Source: Candidatus Latescibacterota bacterium
Lineage (GTDB): Bacteria; Latescibacterota; UBA2968; UBA8231
Assembly: GCA_965217585.1 (NCBI GenBank)
Contig: OZ244561.1
Span: 4,672,001-4,736,000, forward strand
Reading direction: 5' to 3'
Length of the DNA: 64,000 nt
Below, piece after piece: positions 19,981 to 27,840 of this stretch; position 1 is the stretch's first letter, and every line of letters begins with the position of its first letter. The notes under the pieces are model-generated. The model ran no database searches, was not told the origin of the DNA, and saw nothing but the letters and a program-made list of their open reading frames with translations. Position numbers and translations under genes: made by a program.

Positions 19981-21165
19981 ATGAAAGTCCTAGTTTCCAA
20001 TCTCGGCAGTACCTCGTTTAAGTACAAGGTCTTTGCCATGCCCGAAGAAGTGGTTTTGGCGCGCGGTGGCATGGATCGGATTGGGGGTCAAGGCTCGGTA
20101 CACACCTTCCAGATCGGCGGGGCCGACGAGGTTGAGCAGGCCGTAGATTTGCCCGACCACGCCAGTGCGATTGACGAGGCCCTCACGCGCTTGGCCGAGG
20201 GCGGGGTGTTGGCGTCGGTGGAGGAGCTGGACGCGGTGGGATTTAAGGCCGTTCACGCGCGCGCGATTTCCGGGGTGGTCGAGCTCGACGAGGATGTGGT
20301 GGGGCGGATGGAGGATTTTTATCCGCTGGCCCCGGCGCACAATCCCGCGTACGTGGCGGCGATTCGGCAGTTTGCGCGGGTGGCCCCCAAGGCGCGGCGG
20401 GTCGGGTGCTTTGAGACGGCCTTTCACGGGGCGATGCCGCAGCGGCGCAAAATGTACGCAGTGCCCTACGCTTGGTATGAGCAATACGGCATCCAGCGCT
20501 ACGGCTTCCACGGGGCCAGCCACCGCTATGCCGCTGAGGAGGTCGTGGAACTGGAAGGGCGCGCCGACCTCAAACACGTCAACATGCACTTGGGCGGGTC
20601 TTCGTCGCTGTGCGCGGTAAAAGATGGAGTCTCACAGGGGGCGTCGCACGGGCTAAGCCCGCAGGGCGGCCTGCCGCAGAACAACCGCATCGGCGACTTG
20701 GACCCGTACGCGCTGGACTTGGTCATGCGCAACGAGGATCGCCCGTGGGCCGAGGTGCTGGAGCAGTGCGCCAGCGAGGGCGGCCTGTTGGGGATATGCG
20801 GGCACAGCGACATGCGCGATATTGAAGCGGGTGCGGAAAATGGCGACGAGCGCTGTGCCTTGGCCATAGCCGTGCTGGCGACGTCGGCGCGCGACTGGCT
20901 GGGGGCTTTTGCGGTGGAGATGGGTGGGCTGGACGCGATCAGTTTTACCGGCGGCATTGGCGAGTACTCGGCTGCCGTGCGCGGCGAAATCCTGCGCGAC
21001 TTGGAATTTTTGGGGGTGGTGATGGATGCGACTAAAAATGAGAGCGTGCAAGGCGAGGGCAGCCTGCACACCGCGGCGAGCCGAGTGCCCATTTACGTGC
21101 TGCGCACCGACGAGGAACTGGTGGTGGCGCGGCAGACTTGTGAATTTTTGAGAGCTATCCCCTAG
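19981..21165 (+). CDS. ackA: Acetate/propionate kinase (divergent)
   Basis: NLGSTSFKY, LAPAHNP, RYGFHGASH, HLGGSSS, FTGGIGE, TDEE. Confidence 0.88.
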   Translation: MKVLVSNLGSTSFKYKVFAMPEEVVLARGGMDRIGGQGSVHTFQIGGADEVEQAVDLPDHASAIDEALTRLAEGGVLASVEELDAVGFKAVHARAISGVVELDEDVVGRMEDFYPLAPAHNPAYVAAIRQFARVAPKARRVGCFETAFHGAMPQRRKMYAVPYAWYEQYGIQRYGFHGASHRYAAEEVVELEGRADLKHVNMHLGGSSSLCAVKDGVSQGASHGLSPQGGLPQNNRIGDLDPYALDLVMRNEDRPWAEVLEQCASEGGLLGICGHSDMRDIEAGAENGDERCALAIAVLATSARDWLGAFAVEMGGLDAISFTGGIGEYSAAVRGEILRDLEFLGVVMDATKNESVQGEGSLHTAASRVPIYVLRTDEELVVARQTCEFLRAIP

Positions 21166-21225
21166 CCTCCCTTCTGTGTCTGTGGATGGTGGGAGCGCAG
21201 GTGTGATTAGGGCAGTATTATTAGG

Positions 21226-21315
21226 GCGGCCTACTGGCTGGGCATGGCCATGCACCGCAAGTATCCGCGCCGGGTACTGACCGCACTACGCTTTTTGCTG
21301 AAGACCCCAATTTGA
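21226..21315 (+). pseudogene. 3' remnant of a lost gene
   Basis: AAYWLGMAMHRKYPRRVLTALRFLLKTPI*; preceded by an in-frame stop at 21208 and no RBS. Confidence 0.4.
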
Positions 21316-21324
21316 CAAGATCTA

Positions 21325-21382
21325 CTCTTTCCAGCAAATTTGTTGGCAACAGGGTTGTTGGCAACAAATTTGCTGGAAAGAG
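21325..21382 (+). promoter_or_regulatory. Long inverted repeat overlapping the promoter/RBS of the ATPase operon
   Basis: CTCTTTCCAGCAAATTTGTTG...CAACAAATTTGCTGGAAAGAG, 21-bp perfect arms; TTGACA at 21312-21317. Confidence 0.8.
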
Positions 21383-21392
21383 AGGTGTGACC

Positions 21393-22670
21393 ATGAGGCT
21401 CAGGAAGGCAGGCGGGAACTGGGTTGATGATGATCGGTTCTTCGACCGGGATGCCGAGCTCGAAGCACTCACCGAGCGGGTAAGGGACGGAACCCATACA
21501 CTGCTGACCGCGCAACGGCGGATGGGCAAGACGAGCTTGGTTAGGGAGTTACTGCGTCGCCTAAAGGACGAGGACAGCTTCGAGACGATCTTCGTTGATC
21601 TGGAGGGTGCCCGCACTCCAGCAGACGCCATCGCCGAGATCGGAGTTCGGTCGAGGTCGGTGCAGGGCGTACAGCGCAAGCTCAAATCTTGGCTCGCCAA
21701 CACTCTACGCGAGGCCGTTGATCGAGTCGATACGCTAGCCGTTTCCGAGGTGCAGGTGAAACTGCGCGCTGGAATCGACGCCGGAAACTGGCGGCAGAAG
21801 GGAGACGAGGTCTTTGCAGCCTTGGCTGAGAACGACCGGCCAGTGGTGCTCGCTATCGACGAGTTGCCGATTCTCGTCAATCGTCTGCTCAAGGGGGACG
21901 ACTACTGCATCACGCCGGAGCGAAGGCAGGCAGTGGATGAGTTCCTGAGTTGGCTACGCAAGAACGGTCAAGAACATCGAGGCCGGGTCTGCCTGATCCT
22001 CTCAGGCAGCGTGAGCTTGGAGCCGATTCTGCAACAGGCTGGGCTCAGCGCCCACGCGAACATCTTTTCTCCCTTCGATCTAAAGCCTTGGGAAGAGGAG
22101 ACTGCCAGTGCCTGCCTCGCCGCGCTGGCAGGCACTTATGACATCGAACTTCCACTCACCGTCCGCCAAGACATGTGCCGCCGGCTGCGGTGTCAGATTC
22201 CCCACCATGTGCAGCAGTTTTTCGATAATCTCCACGAAGATCTGCGCCGGGCCAACCGGCGGGAAGCCTCACTAGAAGATGTAGATCGCGTATACACTAC
22301 CGAGATGCTGGGTGTCCGGGGACAGATGGATCTAGAGCACTACGAGAGCCGGCTGCGGATGGTTCTCGGGGACAAAGGTTATCTGGCCGCCTTGGATATA
22401 TTGACCGAGGCCGCGGTCAACTACGGATTGCTGCATAGCGATGCCATTGACCAATATTATGAGTACTTCCAGGCTGATGCCGTCCCGGTCTCTACCAAGG
22501 ACATTCTTAGTGTGCTCGAACATGACGGCTATTTGGCGAGACAAGGTGACGACTACCGGTTCGTATCGGGCCTACTCGAAGCTTGGTGGCGCGCCCGGCA
22601 CGGCCGGCACTTCGTCCCCATAGCCCGCCGCCAAGCCAAAACGAGGAACAGCGGTAGCCATGACCACTAG
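21393..22670 (+). CDS. STAND-type / archaeal-ATPase-like P-loop NTPase
   Basis: FFDRDAE, Walker A AQRRMGKTS, Walker B LAIDE, SGS sensor, C-terminal LEHDGYL winged-helix-like region. Confidence 0.85.
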   Translation: MRLRKAGGNWVDDDRFFDRDAELEALTERVRDGTHTLLTAQRRMGKTSLVRELLRRLKDEDSFETIFVDLEGARTPADAIAEIGVRSRSVQGVQRKLKSWLANTLREAVDRVDTLAVSEVQVKLRAGIDAGNWRQKGDEVFAALAENDRPVVLAIDELPILVNRLLKGDDYCITPERRQAVDEFLSWLRKNGQEHRGRVCLILSGSVSLEPILQQAGLSAHANIFSPFDLKPWEEETASACLAALAGTYDIELPLTVRQDMCRRLRCQIPHHVQQFFDNLHEDLRRANRREASLEDVDRVYTTEMLGVRGQMDLEHYESRLRMVLGDKGYLAALDILTEAAVNYGLLHSDAIDQYYEYFQADAVPVSTKDILSVLEHDGYLARQGDDYRFVSGLLEAWWRARHGRHFVPIARRQAKTRNSGSHDH

Positions 22671-25191
22671 AAAGTACAACCCGGGGTTTCTCACCGACGA
22701 CGAACTGGTGGTCTCGTTCTGTGTGCGGACGGGCGAGTTTGAATCAATCGTTGACATGCTGCGTGAATGCACTGGAAGCGCCAATCCGCATCAAATTGCG
22801 ATCGGCCCACGCGGCAGCGGGAAAACGAGCCTGCTGCTGCGTGTCGCGGTCGAGGTGAGCCGGGATGCCGAATTGCGATCCGGCTTCTTTCCGATCGTCT
22901 TCGCCGAGGAAAGCTACGAAGTCGCCTCCGCTGGCGAGTTCTGGCTGGAATGTCTGTCCCGCTTGGCCGACCAGATGCCTCGCGGGGAGGATGTTCCCGA
23001 CCTGCACCGAACTTACGAACACTTGCGCACCATTCAGGACGACCAAATTCTTGCTGAACTCTGCCTCGGTACTCTGCTGGACTTCTCGGACCGGGAGGGC
23101 AAGCGGCTCGTGCTGATGGTTGAGAATTTGAACATGATGTTCAGGGACATGGCAGACTCCGAGGCGGGCTGGCGGCTGCGGAAGATTCTCCAGACCGAGC
23201 CGCGTATCATCCTACTGGCGAGTGCGACCAGCCGCTTCGACGAGATCGACAATCCGGACCACGCCCTGTACGACCTGTTCCGGGTACTGCTGCTGCACCC
23301 GCTCGACACCAAGGAATGCGCCGCGCTGTGGGAAGCGGTGTCCGGCAAATGCCCTCCGCCTGAGACCATTCGATCCCTAGAGATTCTCACCGGTGGCAGT
23401 CCGCGTCTGATCGCCATCGTGGCTCGCTTCGGAGCGGGGCGTTCCTTTCCCGAACTCATGGCCGAACTACTCGACCTCGTCGATGACCATACGGAGTACT
23501 TCAAGAGCCATATCGAATCGCTACCACCGCAGGAGCGGCGGGTCTATCTCGCGCTCGCCGACCTGTGGAAGCCGGCGACCACGAAGGAGATCTCGGCCCG
23601 CACCCGGTTGGAGACGAGCAAGTGTAGTGCCCAACTCACCCGCCTCATCGAACGGGGCGTCGTTCAGGTTATGGGGGGTACTGCCCGGCGCAAACAGTAT
23701 TACCTGACCGAGCGCCTCTACAACATCTACTATCTGCTGCGGCGCTCCCGCGGACAGGATTCCCTAATCAAGGCCCTCATCCAATTCATGGAGTCGTACT
23801 ACTCTGGTACTGAACTGAGAGACATCGGTGCTCATATCGCCCGCGAGGCAGGAAGTTTCGGCGGGGAGATGCAATCGCTGGCCCGGATCGCACTTGCACA
23901 GATGATGAAGTTACCGGCACTGGACGGGCATCGCGAAGAACTACTTGCGATGATTCCCGAAGGTTTCACGGAGGTTTTCGAGCGGGATTCGGTACCTTCC
24001 AATGTGGAGAGCAAGACGTCGGTCGGCGTGGAACAGTATCCCCGTCGGGAGGACCAAGGTAGCGAGGATACGAACGAACAGGCTGAGTTTCTGGCCGCGA
24101 AGGAGATCTTCGACGAAGCGGTTGCTCTGACGAATCAGGATCGGACAGAAGAAGCACTGTCCGCCTTCGACGAAGTGGTGCATCGATTCGCCGAGAGCGA
24201 AATGCCGATGGTCTCCCAACTAGTCGCACTGGCTGGACTCACACTCAACTACTTAGATCGTCCAGAGGACGCGCTGACCGCCTATGACGAAGTAGTACGC
24301 CGATTCGGCGATAGTAAGACGCCAGACCTTCTCGGATTAGTTGCGATGGCGCTTCGCGGCAAAGGGTGTGTACTCTATGACTTAGACCGGCTAGAGGATG
24401 CGCTGGCCACCTTCGACGAGGTGGTGCGCCGATTCGGCGATAGCGAGATGCCGGTCTTTCTCGAATCGGTCGCGTTCGCCCTCTTTGGCAAAGGGTGTGC
24501 ACTCGACGATTTAGACCGGTCGGAGGACGCGCTGACCACCTATGGCGAAGTAGTGCGCCGATTCGGCGACAGCGAGATGCCAGCCCTTCTCGAAGCAGTT
24601 GCAAGGTCGCTCGTCAGCAAAGGAGTCATACTTGACAGACTGAATCGTCCAGAGGACGCGCTGGCCACTTGTGACGAGGTAGTGCGCCGATTCGGTGATA
24701 GCGAATCTCCTGCGTTTCGTATGGTGACTGAGTGCGCGCTTCTTATAAAAGCGAATTCTGAGATAGAGTGTCGGCGGTACAAGGCAGCCATCGAGTCGGC
24801 AGGTCGGGTAATTGATATGTGCCACACGGAATCGTCGGAGAACCAATGGCTGGCTTATCTGATCAGGGCAAGGGCGACCCTCGCAAGCGGAGACCTATCC
24901 GCGAGCGAGCGAGACATTGCGGAGATCTTGACGATTCTTCCCGATCTCGACTCCCTTCCGAAGGAGAGCCTTGATGCACTGATGGCGTTCAGCATCGAGA
25001 TCGGGCTGGAGCGCATGGTCGATCTTATTCAGGCGTCGCCGTCGGCAAATCTTCTGTTGCCGCTTACGACGGCTTTGGAACAGGAACTCGGACACGAGCC
25101 CCGGGTGGCGCTTGAGGTCGCGGAAGTTGCCGAGGATATCCGGAAGGATTTGGCGAGGCTGAGGGAAACGCAGAGTGATGGCGTCGAGTAA
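22660..25191 (+). CDS. STAND-like ATPase + winged helix + TPR repeat protein
   Basis: GPRGSGKTS, LMVENL (degenerate Walker B), GGSPRL, wHTH ATTKEISARTRLETSKCSAQLTRL, 43-aa TPR-like repeats. Confidence 0.85.
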   Translation: MTTRKYNPGFLTDDELVVSFCVRTGEFESIVDMLRECTGSANPHQIAIGPRGSGKTSLLLRVAVEVSRDAELRSGFFPIVFAEESYEVASAGEFWLECLSRLADQMPRGEDVPDLHRTYEHLRTIQDDQILAELCLGTLLDFSDREGKRLVLMVENLNMMFRDMADSEAGWRLRKILQTEPRIILLASATSRFDEIDNPDHALYDLFRVLLLHPLDTKECAALWEAVSGKCPPPETIRSLEILTGGSPRLIAIVARFGAGRSFPELMAELLDLVDDHTEYFKSHIESLPPQERRVYLALADLWKPATTKEISARTRLETSKCSAQLTRLIERGVVQVMGGTARRKQYYLTERLYNIYYLLRRSRGQDSLIKALIQFMESYYSGTELRDIGAHIAREAGSFGGEMQSLARIALAQMMKLPALDGHREELLAMIPEGFTEVFERDSVPSNVESKTSVGVEQYPRREDQGSEDTNEQAEFLAAKEIFDEAVALTNQDRTEEALSAFDEVVHRFAESEMPMVSQLVALAGLTLNYLDRPEDALTAYDEVVRRFGDSKTPDLLGLVAMALRGKGCVLYDLDRLEDALATFDEVVRRFGDSEMPVFLESVAFALFGKGCALDDLDRSEDALTTYGEVVRRFGDSEMPALLEAVARSLVSKGVILDRLNRPEDALATCDEVVRRFGDSESPAFRMVTECALLIKANSEIECRRYKAAIESAGRVIDMCHTESSENQWLAYLIRARATLASGDLSASERDIAEILTILPDLDSLPKESLDALMAFSIEIGLERMVDLIQASPSANLLLPLTTALEQELGHEPRVALEVAEVAEDIRKDLARLRETQSDGVE
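24148..24705 (+). repeat. Tandem 129-bp coding repeats (43-aa TPR-like units)
   Basis: GAGGA(C/T)GCGCTG units at 24265, 24394, 24523 and 24652; shorter 117-bp first unit at 24148. Confidence 0.9.
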
Positions 25192-25214
25192 CTTAGGACG
25201 AAGGAGGTGTACTT

Positions 25215-26510
25215 GTGAAACTGAAATCTGTGGAGATTGAAAACTATCGCGCCATTGAAAAGCTCAAGCTGCCACTCGATCCGTCGCTGACGGTGTTGCA
25301 CGGCGACAATGGGTACGGCAAGACGAGCGTTCTGAGTGCGATTGCGGTGGGATTGGGGGATGAGGCTATGCTCGGACCGTTTCTCGATGTCTTCATTTAT
25401 TTTTGCGAAGAGGATTGGCGCGAAGGCGCAGGGAATCCGCTGGTATCGCTCACTTCAATGGACGGAAAGGCGTGTGAGCGACCAGGGACTAGGTCGGTGG
25501 TTAAGCGGAAGAAGGCGGAGGAAGAGATGTCGGTCCACCGGGAGAATCTGGAGGAGGCGCTGGTCGAGGATAGCCATGCAGATAACAACGATATGCCGAT
25601 CTGTGTCCTTTATGGTACTGATCGGACGGTCTCAGATGTGCCAGAATCGGTGGTATCTCCGCGCCATTTACCGCGCCGGGTTTCTCGGTTAGATGCGCTG
25701 AAAGGGGCGCTTTCTGCTCGCACGGATTTTGAGGACCTCTTTGCTTGGTTCTATTTCAAGGAGGACGAGGAATTGAGGGAACAGAAGGAACGCCGCGACT
25801 TCGATTATCAGCTAAAAGAGGTATCTGCGGTGCGCCAAGCGATCTCGTCCATGCTTCCGGAAGTGTCCGACCCTCGTACCGAGTCGAATCCTCCCCGTTT
25901 TATAGTGTCCCAGAAATCGGAGCAAGGACAAGTAGAAAAGCTCCCACTCGACCAGCTAAGTGGGGGCTATCGCATTATGCTGGCGCTGGCGGCCGATCTG
26001 GCACGGCGGATGGTGCAGGGCAATCCGCACTTGGACGACCCACTTGAATCCGAGGCGGTTGTCCTGATTGACGAGGTGGAACTGCATCTGCATCCAAAAT
26101 GGCAGCAACGCATCTTGGACGATCTGCAGCGGACGTTCCCGAATGCGCAGTTTATCGTCTCTACTCACAGCCCGCAGGTGCTGACTACGGTCGAGCCGCA
26201 GCGCATTGTGGAACTTGCTCGAGAAGGCGACCGCATTGTTGCGGGGGCACCGGCAGGGGCGACGTATGGGGCCGAGGCGGGGGATGTGCTTTCCGTGGTG
26301 ATGGGCGTAAAAGAACGGCCCGAGAACGAGTTCACAAAAGCACTGGAACAATACCGGTATCTGATCAGGGAGGGACAGTGGGAGTCCGAAGAAGCCTTGG
26401 CTCTGCGAGCGAGTCTGGAGAGCATGTCTCCCTACGATCCGGCCCTCGATCGAGCTGACCTTGAAATCCGACGACGCAAGCTGTTTAAGCAGCGGGCCGA
26501 GTCGCCATGA
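25215..26510 (+). CDS. ABC/AAA_21 ATPase, PtuA-like (Septu / retron type I effector)
   Basis: GDNGYGKT, LSGGYR, LIDEVELHLHPKWQQ, STHSP; RBS AGGAGG; followed by an HNH gene. Confidence 0.85.
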   Translation: MKLKSVEIENYRAIEKLKLPLDPSLTVLHGDNGYGKTSVLSAIAVGLGDEAMLGPFLDVFIYFCEEDWREGAGNPLVSLTSMDGKACERPGTRSVVKRKKAEEEMSVHRENLEEALVEDSHADNNDMPICVLYGTDRTVSDVPESVVSPRHLPRRVSRLDALKGALSARTDFEDLFAWFYFKEDEELREQKERRDFDYQLKEVSAVRQAISSMLPEVSDPRTESNPPRFIVSQKSEQGQVEKLPLDQLSGGYRIMLALAADLARRMVQGNPHLDDPLESEAVVLIDEVELHLHPKWQQRILDDLQRTFPNAQFIVSTHSPQVLTTVEPQRIVELAREGDRIVAGAPAGATYGAEAGDVLSVVMGVKERPENEFTKALEQYRYLIREGQWESEEALALRASLESMSPYDPALDRADLEIRRRKLFKQRAESP

Positions 26511-26989
26511 AGAGGGTTCGCGAATTGAGTAACCCGACTCTTGGCCTTGACGAATACCTCGGTTGTATGGGTGAAGACGCGGATTGGGACGAATTTCGCT
26601 CTCACAATTCGGGGGCGTCGTACCGCGAACTTAGAGGTGCCCTAACCCAAAACCAACACGGACTCTGCGCTTACTGCGAGATTGCGATCAGAGGATGGCG
26701 TCGTCAGATTGAGCATGTGATCCCGCAGAGCGACGCCAAACTGGGCAAAGCGAAGGCCCTCGACATAGCCAACATGGTCGCCTGCTGTATGGGTGGAACC
26801 GTGCAGGATGATGAGGATCGTTATCGCAGTCCCGTGGGACATAACACGAGCTGTGGTCAGGCAAAGGGAAGTCAGAACGACGAAAATTTTATTGACCCTC
26901 GGATACTACCCGCGCTGCCCTCGCTTATGAGGGTAATTGACAACGGGCTGATTGAAGCAGACGAAAATGAGTACATAAAAAAACGATAG
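26507..26989 (+). CDS. HNH endonuclease, PtuB/TIGR02646-like, probably C-terminally truncated
   Basis: QHGLCAYCE, IEHVIPQS, NMVACC, SCGQAKG; ends abruptly at ENEYIKKR. Confidence 0.75.
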   Translation: MKRVRELSNPTLGLDEYLGCMGEDADWDEFRSHNSGASYRELRGALTQNQHGLCAYCEIAIRGWRRQIEHVIPQSDAKLGKAKALDIANMVACCMGGTVQDDEDRYRSPVGHNTSCGQAKGSQNDENFIDPRILPALPSLMRVIDNGLIEADENEYIKKR

Positions 26990-27003
26990 ATTATCTGTGG
27001 AGG

Positions 27004-27735
27004 ATGAAACTCATGTTCGGAACTATTCGCAACTCGTCCGGCGAAGAGTTGGACTACACTTTTCACGCCGGCACGGAGGGGTCGCGGCACATTGCCGTCT
27101 TGGGGCACGGCGTGACCGGCAACAAGGACCGCCCCTTTGTAGTAGCGCTCGCCGAGGGGCTAGCGGCTGCTGGCATCCACGCGCTGCGCTTTTCCTTTGC
27201 CGGTAACGGCGCGTCCGAAGGCCGCTTTGCCGACTCGACGATCTCCAAAGAGGTCGAAGATCTTGGCGCGGTGCTCAGCGCCTTGGACGGCTACTCGGTC
27301 TGCTATGTCGGCCACAGCATGGGAGGGGCGGTCGGCGTCTTGCGCACCAGCCGCGACGAGCGCATCCGTCTGCTCGTCTCTTTGGCCGGCATGGTGCATA
27401 CTCGCGCCTTTGCCGAGCGCGAGTTCGGCGAGGAGGTGCCCGACGAGGGCTGCATGTGGGACGAGCCAGACTGCCCGCTCTCGCAAGCGTACATGGACGA
27501 CATGGCCCAGATCGACACCGTGGTGGAACGCGGGGCCGAGATTGCGGTACCTTGGCTGTTGATCCACGGCAGCGAGGACGACGTGGTGCCGATTGCCAAC
27601 TCGCATGACATCCTCGCCCAAGCCAGCGACACCGCCGAACTCGTCGTCATCGACGGAGCCGACCACGTCTTTAGCGAGCACGCGCAAGTCATGGTCGAAA
27701 AGATCGTCGGTTGGCTACAAGGGCAGTGGGCATAA
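27004..27735 (+). CDS. Alpha/beta hydrolase
   Basis: HGVTG, GHSMG nucleophile elbow, HGSEDDVVP, GADH. Confidence 0.9.
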   Translation: MKLMFGTIRNSSGEELDYTFHAGTEGSRHIAVLGHGVTGNKDRPFVVALAEGLAAAGIHALRFSFAGNGASEGRFADSTISKEVEDLGAVLSALDGYSVCYVGHSMGGAVGVLRTSRDERIRLLVSLAGMVHTRAFAEREFGEEVPDEGCMWDEPDCPLSQAYMDDMAQIDTVVERGAEIAVPWLLIHGSEDDVVPIANSHDILAQASDTAELVVIDGADHVFSEHAQVMVEKIVGWLQGQWA

Positions 27736-27840
27736 GCATCCCCGCAGGTCGCAGCCTACCAGAGATAGCGCGCAACTCCTATCTTTAAAGGAGTACGCCC
27801 GGCAATCCCGCCGGCCATGTGCGCTCTGCCAAGCTAAGCC

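Noticed and set aside
24148-24705. Regularly spaced repeats as a CRISPR array or DGR template
   Set aside because: They are in-frame 129-bp coding units without unique spacers; no cas or RT gene, and differences are not adenine-specific.
21166-26989. Retron (PtuAB-like effectors plus a hairpin)
   Set aside because: No reverse transcriptase (no YADD-type motif) in the window and no recognisable msr-msd layout.
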